This document shows, one piece after another, positions 1-10,836 of a DNA stretch of 64,000 bases. The number at the start of each line of letters is the position of its first letter. Position 1 is the first letter of the stretch. The notes beneath the pieces are model-generated. The model was not told where the DNA came from. It saw only the letters and a program-made list of their open reading frames with translations, and made no database searches. This DNA comes from Macrostomum lignano. Its lineage: Eukaryota. The stretch covers positions 1 to 64,000 of the forward strand of contig NIVC01003530.1 in NCBI GenBank assembly GCA_002269645.1, read 5' to 3'. The position numbers were made by a program, and so were the translations under genes.

Positions 1-441
1 GATCTGAGCTGCTTGGAGAAGTCCCTCACTGCTGATGTAGTGTGTGGGATCTGAGCTGCTTGGAGAAGTCCCTCACTGCTGCATGGGGTGGTGTGGGATC
101 TGAGCTGCTTGGAGAAGTCCCTCACTGCTGCATGGGGTGGTGTGGGATCTGAGCTGCTTGGAGAAGTTTCTCACTGCTGCATGGGCTGGTGTGGGATCTG
201 AGCTGCTTGGAGAAGTCCCTCACTGCTGCATGGAGTGGTGTGGGATCTGAGCTGCTTGGAGAAGTCCCTCACTGCTGCATGGGCTGTGTGGATCTGAGCT
301 GCTTGGGAAGTCCTCACCGCTGCATGTAGTGGTGTGGGATCTGAGCTGCTTGGAGAAGTCCCTCACTGCTGCATGGGGTGGTGTGGGATCTGAGCTGCTT
401 GGAGAAGTCCCTCACTGCTGCATGGTGGTGTGGGATCTCAC
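1..441 (-). repeat. 49-bp intronic minisatellite (kinase intron 2, copy A)
   Basis: Unit TGGGATCTGAGCTGCTTGGAGAAGTCCCTCACTGCTGCATGGGGTGGTG. Confidence 0.95.
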
Positions 442-831
442 CTGCTTGGAGAAGTCCCTCACTGCTGCCTCATCGAAGGGCCGTCGCTGCAGCTGCATCA
501 GCTCAGAGAGGCTGTGGCCGGAGATCAGCTCGGTGAAGATGCACAGCTTGCCCTTCTGGATGCGCTCAGACTTGAGGAACTGCACGATGTTCGGGTGCCG
601 GATGGCCTTCAGGACGGAGATCTCCGCGTTCTCTATCTTGATGGCCTCGTCCATCAGCCTGGCGCTGCTGGCACCTTCCAGCCTGACGATCTTGACAGCC
701 ACAGTCTGGCGCTTATCGGTGAACGCCTTGTACACCTTGCGAAGCCGCCTGCTCCGAGCAGCTGCTTGTTGCCGTCACCATCGAGAAGGAAGTCCCAGCT
801 GTAGAAGGCGGGGTCCAGAGACGGCCTCGCA
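442..831 (-). pseudogene. Kinase N-lobe exon (exon 2) of ankyrin-kinase copy A
   Basis: Paralogous to 38595-38985 (GAGGF-, VAVK, HPNIVQF). One base shorter than B, with a deletion in the G-loop codons near 741. Confidence 0.88.
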
Positions 832-985
832 CTGAAAGAGGAGAGGGTTGGAGACTGAAGCACTGCGGGATGGCTGCAGAAATGGGGAACTGAGCAGGCA
901 GGGAGAGAGTCTGTCAGGTGATCATTGTGAGCCACTCTTAGCTGAACGAATGCAATTTCCCAAGTGAAAAGTGGAATACGCCTGC

Positions 986-1916
986 CTTGCTGACGGAGTC
1001 TCCTCGGACTGCGCGTCCACCGCCCGCCGCAGCTGCAAGCCCGACATCGCCTGGCCCAGCCTCCGCTCTTCTCCATCACGCTGGTGCCGCCGCTGCTCTG
1101 CGATCCACTCCCGAATCCGAGCTCCGTGCTGAGAGTTCCGCTCTGCGTAGTCGGCCACCGACTTGCCACCGGAATCGAAAAAGTCGAATGGGGCGAGGCC
1201 GAGAGAGTCCGCGATGAGGCGGAGCGAGTCTAGGTCGTGATGCTGAGCAGCCAGGTGAGCAGGTGTGGCTCCGTTTGAGTCTTTTTCCAACAGACAGGCC
1301 GGACCGAGCTCAGAATGAGCCACTTGAGACAGGAGTTGGTCTCATTCATAGCAGCAAAGTGAATGGCAGTGCGTTTGCAATTGCCAGGCTGATGGAAGCA
1401 GTCGGATCCGAGGACTGATTTGAAGAACTGCATGGAATCGGCGCCCTGAAACTTAGCAGCGAGATGGACGGAGTGTCTCCGGCTTGGTCTCGAACGGAGA
1501 GACAGTCGGTTCCGCACTCGTTCACAGCCACTTGAGACAGGAGTTAGTCTCATTCCTAGCGGCCCGGTGAATGGCAGTGCGTTGTAAGTAGCCAGGCTGA
1601 TGGAAGCAGTCGGATCCGAGGACTGATTTGAAGAACTGCATGGAATCGGAGCCCCGAAACTTAGCAGCGAGATGGACGGGAGTGTCTCCGGCTTGGTCTC
1701 GAACGGAGAGACAGTCGGTTCCGCACTCGTTCACCAGCCACTTGAGACAGGAGTTAGTCTCATTCATAGCGGCTTGGTGAATGGCAGTGCGTTGTAAGTA
1801 GCCAGGCTGATGGAAGCAGTCGGATCCGAGGACTGATTTGAAAAACTGCATGGAATCGGCGCCCTGCTTCCAAGCAGCGAGATGGACGGGAGTGTCTCCA
1901 TCTTGGTCTCGAACGG
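986..1916 (-). pseudogene. Ankyrin-repeat/kinase gene copy A, remainder of exon 1 after the Polinton
   Basis: Continues the ankyrin units ([19 protein letters not shown]...) and the C-cap seen in copy B. Three 1-bp deletions relative to B near 1315, 1490 and 1525. Confidence 0.88.
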
Positions 1917-2238
1917 AGTAGAAGGCATGAGGGGGCTTCTGGGACAAAATTTTTCACCTCCTCCATAATCCTTTTAAATCCATCCATATTATCCCTGACA
2001 GAATCAGAAAAAAGGGGGGTCGCACTCGCTCACAAAACATCCTCCACAATCCTATTAAATCCATCCATATTATCCCTGACAGAATCAGAGCATTATCCCT
2101 GACAGAATCAGAGCATAACAGTAGGACACCTGTTATGCTCACTGACACTGACATAATCCACTGACATCCACCCATAGCATCTTCGAAACAATCAGAAAAT
2201 AATCTGCATTCTTCTCCCCACATTCAATCCGCAACGTG
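1917..2238 (+). repeat. Left terminal inverted repeat of the Polinton (degenerate similarity continues to ~2300)
   Basis: Reverse complement of 17548-17952, apart from one extra ~82-bp subunit on the right and a 1-bp homopolymer difference. Confidence 0.95.
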
Positions 2239-2888
2239 CTACCACATCCCTAAAACTTTAAATCCCCTAACCCAGGGTCCTTACCATTGAAAAAAAATAA
2301 ATAATTTTATTATTCATTAGTAAGAATTATATATTTAACGGTTGCACAACTGATAGGATATGTATTAACTATTACAAGATTATCAAAAATGGTAGAAAAA
2401 ACAGACACTATGTAGGATCTGCGTTAGAATTCTTCAACAACATACAGAGCCAGCCTAGCGTTCCTTTGAGCCAGCAGCTAGATTCTCTAACGCCGTTAGA
2501 ATTTTCTATGTGAAAATTTGGTGTGCCCAAGCTTATCATGCGGGAAGCTTTTCACATAGAAAATTCTAACGGCGTTAGAAAATTTCTACCCCCCTCTATT
2601 TAACCATACAGAGCCAGCCTAGCTTTCCTGTGAGCCAGCAGCTAGATTCTCTAACGCGTTAGAATTTTCTATGTGAAAATTTGATGTGCCCAAGCTTATC
2701 TTGCGGGAAACTTTTCACATAGAAATTTCTAACAGCGTTAGAATTTAAAACCCACCGACTGAGTTGCACACAGTACTGAGAAAATTGCTACCCTCCTCTA
2801 CTTAACCAATCGGCTGTCTCCAGTTGTTGAATCTTCTCTTTGAAATTCTAACGCGTTAGAAAAATTCTAAATGAACTGAATTTAAAAA

Positions 2889-3566
2889 TTACACAACTTT
2901 CCACGCAGGATCACTGGCCAAAATTTCTTCTAGAAACTTCATCTTAGAGTTTAGTTCCCTAATTGGCATTGACACCTGTCTCAAGCCTGGGTAGGTAACA
3001 GACAGTTTGTACAGACGAATGTACAAATAGCCAGTTGATTCCTGGATGTTTACATTTTTACACAAATGGGCGAACCGCACTTTAACATCTTGTCCAAAGT
3101 TCTCGGTGCGATAAGTTTTTAGCAGCCGCCCAACTTCGAGAATCCAATGTAGACCTCCAATTTGAGTCTTCTTGTATTTTGCTAGAGCCGCCTTCACCCT
3201 AGTGATGATGTTCTGCTCGCCAGATGGAAGCTGGTGATCAACAGCGTCCATCAGCTGATCAGCTAGTGTTACGCGGGATGCGTACAACTTCTCCCTGAAT
3301 ATCTGCAGATCCGCCATCTTCTTCTGCAGAGCCGCCGCCTTCTTCTCTTCGCTACTCACATTTTGCGCTTCATTCGCTGCGGCGATATCATCAGGGGCCA
3401 TGGCGAAAAACTCGATTGGTAGGTCGCCAGTTTCTAGACCGAAAAAGGTGGTTAGTTCCTCTCTTCTTCTTGCTTGTAGATGTGACGGAATATCCTGTAA
3501 AACTCTTTGTAGCATGGCACAAAGGCCTTGCTTATCTGTCAAATGAAGATTCCACTCGACTTCCAT
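2889..3566 (-). CDS. Polinton accessory protein (225 aa): coiled-coil N-half and a possible DUF3102-like helical C-domain
   Basis: Clean non-repetitive ORF inside the element. The C-terminal pattern ILEVGRLLK...F...C....I..STGYLYIRLY resembles DUF3102 from memory only. Confidence 0.6.
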   Translation of the reverse strand: MEVEWNLHLTDKQGLCAMLQRVLQDIPSHLQARRREELTTFFGLETGDLPIEFFAMAPDDIAAANEAQNVSSEEKKAAALQKKMADLQIFREKLYASRVTLADQLMDAVDHQLPSGEQNIITRVKAALAKYKKTQIGGLHWILEVGRLLKTYRTENFGQDVKVRFAHLCKNVNIQESTGYLYIRLYKLSVTYPGLRQVSMPIRELNSKMKFLEEILASDPAWKVV

Positions 3567-4444
3567 TTTCTAAATCTTCTTGTCTTCTAATCTTCTAGTT
3601 TGGCGGACAATTTCTTAGATCACTTTCAGCGTGCTTAAGTTCCTGCAGTCGTCGTTTCTCAGTCGCAGTTGATGGCATATGCGGGGAGAATCAACCCGAG
3701 TGTTTCTGCATTTGCTTAAATACAGCTATACAGCTAGAAAATTCCAGAAAATTCTTAGACTGTACAATCTTGGAGTCAAGCAGGGAAAAAATAATCGATA
3801 TAGCTCAGTGAACGATAGAACATGAGGCGTGTGAATGTGAGGGTGAGCGATCGATTCCCTCCACCCGCTTGAAGTCCCCATACATTTCCTTGGTTGATTG
3901 GGTTTGTCAAAGCGGAAAGGAAAGCACGCGTGGAACTTGTACATTCGCAAAATCGATTAGAGGGCTGCGCTCCCTCAGCAAATAGCAGTTACCCCACCCC
4001 CCTTCTGCTTCTACTTTTCAAAATGCAGCTGTTGCGCTTGGTTAGGGCTGAGAATAATAGTTAAGCCCTTCCCGACTCAAGCGCCCCTCTCTACCACCCC
4101 CCATATTTTCATACCGTAGAGACCAACTAGGCGGGCCACATTCCGAGGCCAAATCGGCGGGCCGAGGCCAACTCGGCGGGCCAACTGGCCTCGCAATTTG
4201 GCCAATAATCAATATCAATCAAGGAGGGAATCTCAACATACACAGTCCATGCATGCTAATGGCGGCGAAGCGGTTGACTTTTTATTTTCTGCTCTTAGCT
4301 CTCTGGAGAATGAGAATCTCTCTTGTGCGCAACTCTTTAGGGAATAAAAAACTGTACTTACTCAAATCCACACTTGCTCATGCCCTTCCCGATTCAAGCG
4401 CCCTTTCTACCCCCAGCTCTTTCAGCAGTCTTCCCAATTTCTTG

Positions 4445-4891
4445 TTAGGAGCGCACAAAATAAACCCTACTCCCAAGCCTCCGCCCTCTCTCCCCGTGCA
4501 CTCGCCCTCTCTCCCCAAACACCGCCCTCGGCGTACACCCCAACCCCAGTTTTGTCTTACTAAAAATAACAGCTTTAACTAGCTTCCGAGCGATCGACTC
4601 ACGAAATCCGCTTGAAGCCCCTATATTGTCTAGTCTCTTAAGCATTTCTTTGTCCCAACGATTCTTCTCCTCAGGAAAATCTCTATATTTAACGTCGTGC
4701 CACATGCAGACAGAGTCTAGCTCGTTCACAGGCTCATGCCCAGGATGTGGATTATTGTTTTTATCTAGCTGTATTTCAAGTGGATTCAAAGGCCCGCAAT
4801 ATTTATAGCCGGGAAGTGTCCAGCCTTTGTTTGGATGAGGAAGCTTTTCTATCAGTCCATGTGAATCTATTTTACCACCAGAGCGCTGCAT
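4445..4891 (-). CDS. Parvovirus-type phospholipase A2 (adintovirus PLA2X-like), 148 aa from MQRSGG
   Basis: LPGYKYCGPLNPL Ca-binding loop and PVNELDSVCMWHDVKY catalytic HD motif. The listed ORF start (5134) overlaps INT; the ATG at 4891 is the plausible start. Confidence 0.88.
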   Translation of the reverse strand: MQRSGGKIDSHGLIEKLPHPNKGWTLPGYKYCGPLNPLEIQLDKNNNPHPGHEPVNELDSVCMWHDVKYRDFPEEKNRWDKEMLKRLDNIGASSGFRESIARKLVKAVIFSKTKLGLGCTPRAVFGERGRVHGERGRRLGSRVYFVRS

Positions 4892-4921
4892 TATTTTATT
4901 TAAAATTTTCTTTTTAAATAA

Positions 4922-5952
4922 ATGACAGATCAGAAACTTAAAAAACTCTACTACAGCGACAAAGGATTCTTTGTAGGCAAAAATGCCGTTAGTAAACTCA
5001 TGGAGCTGAGTAAGGAACCAAAAGCTACAGTAGAAAAATGGCTCTCTAAGCAGGCTCTCTTTCAAGTCTATTTCCCACCAGTAAAATTTACAAGACCTCA
5101 CTTTAACATCTATAAACCTAACGAGGCGCACCAAGCAGATCTTTTGTTTCTCCCAACGACTCAGGCTACAAGTATGCTCTTACAATTACAGACGTTGCTC
5201 CAGATATAAGGAAGCGAGACCGCTTAAGACGAAGAAGTCAGAAGCAGTTGCAGCCGCCCTCCAAGATATTTATAAAAACTCTCCGCTCACATACCCCAAA
5301 TCTTTATGACCGACCCGGGTAAGGAATTCATGGGTGTAGTGAAATCCCTTATGGAAAAGAAAAACACAGAGATTCGCTATGGCAGAACAAACTTGCACAG
5401 AGACCAGGCTTTTGTGGAAAGATTCAATCTAACTCTAGCCAAGAGACTATTCACTAAGCAGACAGCAAGACTCAAACTGAGTGCGGGCAGTACTATACCA
5501 AGTGGACAGAAAGACTCCCCACTGTTATAGAGCAACTGAACAATGAAGTCACACGCATGACTGGATTGAAACCATCCCATGCAATTAAACAAGACACTGT
5601 CGAACTTAAGGCATCTCATAGAACAGACAACAACACGACAACCCCACACAACACACACAACACAAAACACACCTCGAACTACCCTAAGCTTCCAGGAGTT
5701 GAATCACCATACATACTGACAAACTCTGAGTTTCTACGCTTTTTATATCTACCTGGAGAGCTAGAGAAAGACACCAAAAGAAGAGCTACAGATCCATACT
5801 TCAGCCTTGATGTACATAAAATAGACAGACATTTTACCTCCGACTCCGGTGACTATTACTTTTTATCTCAAGCCTTTAACCCTAAATCCCCCACGCGGTC
5901 ATTCACTAGAGCTGAACTCCTAGTGATACCAGCTGACACAGAAATTAATTAA
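4922..5952 (+). CDS. int: Polinton retroviral-like (rve/DDE) integrase, split by several 1-bp frameshifts in this sequence
   Basis: Joining frames gives HQADLLFLP-NDSGYKYALTITDVA-SRYKEARPLKTKK...TDPGKEF...QAFVERFNLTL...KWTERLPTVIEQLNNEVTRMTGLKP, which contains the D-D-E triad. Confidence 0.9.
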
Positions 5953-5968
5953 AATATTAAAATAAAAA

Positions 5969-6420
5969 ATGACAAAGATTGAAACCAGAACCATCAATAA
6001 ACTCAATAAAATCATTGAATCAAAGAAACCAGGTCTTATATCAATTAAAGGTGCCAAAGTAAAAGTCGATCCCACGCAGCAAATAGTTCAGTGTAATGAG
6101 CAAAGACACAGCATCACAGATGAAAAGTCAGGAGGAATCCTACCATTAGCAGCTCTTATTCCGATCATTGCAGGCGCTGTAAGTGCCGCAGGTGGTGTAG
6201 CTGGAGGTGTAGCAACTGCTGTTAAAGCTGGGAATGATAGAGCCCACCAGCTGGAATTGCAAAAGATTGCAAGAGACAAAGGTATAACAATTAAGGCAGG
6301 AGAGGCTGCCCGATTGATGATTGTGATGATTGTGAGCATGAAAATTCTGTAAGCAAGTCTGACATTGTCAAAGCCATCATGACACTGCACAATGCTGGGT
6401 TTACAATAATGCGGATGTGA
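5969..6420 (+). CDS. Adenovirus pX (mu precursor)-like virion core protein; listed ORF 5969-6352, probable frameshifted C-terminus to 6420
   Basis: KSGGILPLAALIPIIAGAVSAAGGVAGGVATAV parallels the adenovirus pX C-terminal MRGG/ILPLLIPLIAAAIGAVPGIASVAL. An alternative frame continues ...DIVKAIMTLHNAGFTIMRM*. Confidence 0.7.
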
Positions 6421-6541
6421 TGAGGTTTAAAACCCACTTTATCCAGCTTCATAAACCTAAAGCTACTATAGGATGTAGAAACAGTTCAACTTTTCTATCA
6501 GGGTGGTCACCCTCAAAATTTTTTTTATATTTTCGAGAAAA

Positions 6542-9500
6542 ATGCCAAAAGCCAATCCAGCAAGAGATTTAGTCAACAAATATTTTTCAAAAGGCGTCTC
6601 ATTTCAAGACAAAAGTAATTACTAAGAGAAGCATGCAAACAAAAGTTCAACACCGACCCTGGTCACCTGGGAAGCTATGAAAAACAGTTGGAAATCATCA
6701 ATCAATTAGAATCAAACCAGTATGCGCCTATAAAAAATTCTGCAAAGGAACACCAAGAGAGGAGTCGCAACTTAGTTAACAAATATGAAACTCTCACTGG
6801 TGAAAAAGCAAAGTACCCACAAAATAAGCAGGAACAAGAGAAATTAGAGCAATTAATCCATTTAAAAGAGTCGGAGCTTGCCACTGAAGAGATTAATTTT
6901 GCACAGACGAAGTTTACAGAACATTACATAGAGTACACAATCCCAATAACGGCACCAACGGTACCACCGCAAACATCTACGACTATAAAGACAGCATCCA
7001 ATCAGTTGTTGATCACACACTCAAAACACGCAAGACTTTAAACTACAGATATCATTCAAGATTGCGTTTTATATGCCTGCAAAACCCACTGAGCATCTCG
7101 AGTATTACATGACAACAAAGGCAAAGCCATTCACCCCAACAGACACACTGGATCCTTTCCTTCAAGATGTCAATAAGAAAATTGAAGCGTTTACATCCAG
7201 AGGTTCCGGATGGGTCGTGGGAGGGATTCAAAGAGCGACTGTCATGGTCATGAAATATGACCCACTTAAAGCCTCCTCTTATATAGAGCTCCCGCATAAG
7301 CTAGCCGGCAAAAAAGCTTGCATAAATGTTAAAAATAAAGACAATTGCTGTGCTCTATGGGCAGTTCTTTCTGCACTTTTTAGTGTACCTCACCACCCCG
7401 AAAGAACCTCAAATTATCAAAATTATTTCAACTACTATCTCATGAATGCGAAAAGAAGGGAATCAGGTTTGACAAAGGAGGCTTGGCGATCTCTCAGATC
7501 CCAAAGCTAGAAGAAGTGTTTAATAACAAAATTAGAATCACAGTCTTTGAGTGGAGTGAAAAAACTGAGAAAGTTCAACCGGTCAGATGTAGCAAAGACG
7601 TTTTAGATCCGAGGGGAAAAGGCGGACTGAAGTGGATCTTCTAGTGATTGGTAATTTACTAGAGGAGGCTCACTATGTTTGGATTAAAGATCTTTCAAGA
7701 CTCATTCACAAGCAGTTGAATAATCATCACGAGGCTGTTGCCATCTGCCGCTTGTGCCTTAAGCATTACAGTGGACCTGAACGCTTTGAAAACTAACAGA
7801 GCATGAATTATCATGCGAGGATCACCCGACAAACTGCTCTCTTCCTTCAGCTGAAGAGAAGTATCTCCGTTTAAGAACTATCACAAGATGGAGAAGCTCC
7901 CATTTGTTGTATATGCTGATTTCGAATGCTCAATCATGCCGGAAACACAAAAACAAACTCAAACTCAAAAACATGTCCCCAATTCAGTAGCATATGCCTT
8001 TATTAATACAAAAGGACTTGTTGAGTATAATTATTTCTTTGGAGAGCAGTGTGTGGAGCAGTTTATTGCCAGAATGTTAGAGTTGCAAAAAGTGATTAGC
8101 ACCCTTCAACCTGTTCCAATAATGATGACTGAGGAGGATGAAAGCAATTTCCTATCAGCAACTCATTGCCACATCTGCAGGAAACATTTAACTTGCACTA
8201 ATATTAAAAACCCCACCGTTAGGGACCACTGCCACTATACTGGGAAATTTAGAGGTGCAGCGCATAACACCTGTAATCTAAAGCTAAAATCGAACATTCA
8301 TGATCTAACGATATTTTGTCACAACGCAAAGAACTATGACATGCATTTAATAGTTGAAAAAATCGGCATGATTCCAGACATACACCTTGATTGCATCGCA
8401 GAGAACAAGGAGAAGTTTAAGTGTGTTGATATTAAACAGGATAATTCGGGTACAGGTAAAATAAGACTGAAGGATTCATATCAATTTCTAGCTGCCAGTC
8501 TAGACGAACTAAGCAAGAATCTAAAAGATGAACAATGTACATATACAAAGATGTTTGCAAGTAAAATTAACAACACTGATGAATCATTTAAACTCCTGAG
8601 AACCAAAGGCTTCTACCCCTATGAAAATATTACTGGGTATCACGTATTTGAAGAAGGTTTACCACCACAGGAGAAGTTCTTTTCAAAGCTAACAGACTCT
8701 GGAATCTCTGACAAAGACTATGAGCACGCGAAGCATGTCTATAATTACTTTAATTGTCAAAACTTCTTCCAGTATCACCTGCTTTACCTCTTCACAGATG
8801 TGTTTCTGCTGGCTGATGTGTTTGAAACCTTCAGATGCACCTGGTACACAGCATATGGCCTCGATCCAGCACATTATGTGTCTCTGCCTGCCACTAGCTG
8901 GGAATCTTTGCTTAAAATGAAATGGGATCAAGATCCAGATTGGTACATTGAACTTCTTACAGACATTGACATGTACAATTTTGTCGAATCGTCAAAGCGA
9001 GGGGGAATCTCAATTTGCACAGTATGCAAAAGCAAACAATCCCTACATTGAATCTTACAATAAGGAGCAGCCCTCAAACTACATTACTTACTTGGACGCT
9101 AATAATCTCTACGGGTGGGCGATGAGTCAAGATCTTCCAGTTAGAGATTTTCGATGGCTACCCTCATCAGAATTAAATGGGACTTTTCATTGGCTGCCAT
9201 TTATGAGGTTGATGTTTACATTCCACCAGAGCTTCACGACTATTTCTCTGACTTTCCACCCTTCCCAGAGAACATCAAGTGCCCGAAAATAATCGAAACT
9301 CCCAATGATAATAATGGAACTTGGCACCTGTCAGGAACAGAAAAAGAACATACAGAGAAACTAACACAGAATCTAAACAACAAGACACGTTACAAAATCC
9401 ATTACAAACTGCTTCATATTTTATCTCACTTGGTTGCAGGGTCACCAAAGTTCACGGGCTCTTACATTTACAGAGGAAGCGTGGATGAAACCCTACATTG

Positions 9501-10342
9501 ATAAGAACACCCAGTTTAGGACCAAAGCAACCAACGACTTTGACAAGAACCTCTTTAAGTTGGCCAACAACTCTGTCTATGGCAAGACTCTTGAGAATGA
9601 GCGGAAAAGAACAAACCTGAAACTTGTTACCTCATCAGAGCCTGATGTTATTCAGGCAAATATGTCAAAGCCAACATTCAAAGAACTCCATATCTTTAAT
9701 AGCTACTTAGGTGTGATCATATTTTACAAAACCAAGGTGACGCTGCGCAAGCCGATCTATACAGGTGTCACTGTTCTCGACGAATCAAAACGTCTGATGT
9801 ACCAGTTCTTCTATGGCATGAAGCAGCAGTACAAGGATAAAATGAAACTCTTGTACACTGACACAGACAGTTTTATTATGGACATTCAAACAGAAGACAT
9901 TTATCAGGACATGCTGCAGCAAAAAGATTTGTTTGACTTGTCTGAGTATGATGAATCTTTCAGGACAGAATGGTGATCAAGTGTTTGACGCCACTAACAA
10001 GAAAGTGATTGGGAAAATGAAGGACGAGATTGCTGGTGACATAATCACTGAATTCATTGGGTTGAGAGCAAAGTCCTATTTTATAAAATGTGAGTCGTCA
10101 GACCCAATAAAAAATCAAAGGGAATTCCGAAACGTGTGGTTAGGAAGGAAATTAATGAAGCTGAATACAGAGACGCCTTGAATTGCAACAAAAAGACATC
10201 ACATGAGTTCTCAAAGCTACAATCTAAAAACCATATTATTCACACAATTCAGCAAAAGAAGATTGGACTGTCAGGTGCAGATAACAAGAGATTCATTTTT
10301 GATGACAATATCAACAGTCTACCGTTCGGGCACTGGAGTTAG
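6542..10342 (+). CDS. polB: Protein-primed family B DNA polymerase (pPolB), fragmented by frameshifts across ORFs 6688, 7073, 7888, 8948, 9154, 9434, 9933 and 10136
   Basis: Polinton N-terminal GSGW...YDPLKASSYIELP...CINVKNKD; ExoI YADFE; Zn-like CHIC...RDHCH...HNTCN; ExoII HNAKNYD; ExoIII YLFTDVFLLADVFE; motif A YLDANNLYGWAM; motif B KLANNSVYGKT; motif C YTDTDS; KVIGKMKDE...EFIGLRAKSY. The 5' start (6542) is tentative. Confidence 0.93.
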
Positions 10343-10431
10343 GTTTAGGAGGTGGGTTAGATTGGTGGATTGGGTTTAGGAGTTGAGATTGGGTTTAGGT
10401 TTAAGAGAAAGTTTAATAAACCTCATAAAAA

Positions 10432-10832
10432 ATGACGACAAATAACTTTCTTGAAGATTTGGCTAACGAACTGGAAATCCCAAACTTTAGAGGAATATTT
10501 ATGAGGGACACTCTGCCTGATTTTCCTCTAAGAAAGGAATGCGGCATCATGAACTTTGACACCACCGATAAGCCAGGATCTCATTGGGTTTGCTGGGTGA
10601 TTGATCCCGATCGCAAGCACAAGTGTTATTACTTCGATAGCTATGGGACGGCAGTACCAGAAGAGCTAAGAAATTATATGAAGGGAAAAAATAATAAAAA
10701 ATTTATCGCTCAGACTTTATTCTCCAAGGTCTTAGCAGTGATATTTGCGGTGAGCTGTGCATGACTGTTTTGTATGCAATGACCAAAACACGAAAGACCT
10801 ACAAGGAAATTATTCTTGGCTGTGTTTCATAG
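10432..10832 (+). CDS. Adenain-like cysteine maturation protease (one frameshift in an A-run near 10700)
   Basis: Catalytic His (GSHW) and Asp (YFDSYG). The corrected frame gives IYRSDFILQGLSSDICGELC (Gln and Cys) ending in TAG at 10830-10832. Confidence 0.9.
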
Positions 10833-10836
10833 GGGT

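Noticed and set aside
1954-2223. 89-100-aa ORF present in both TIRs (also 17563-17865)
   Set aside because: A by-product of TIR symmetry and subrepeats; GTG-type start and no recognisable motif.
4892-5134. N-terminal extension of the PLA2 ORF
   Set aside because: Antisense to the integrase coding region; the ATG at 4891 fits better.
10341-10405. G/T-rich TTAGG-like stretch between pPolB and the protease gene
   Set aside because: Short and irregular; not enough to call a telomere-like or G4 element.
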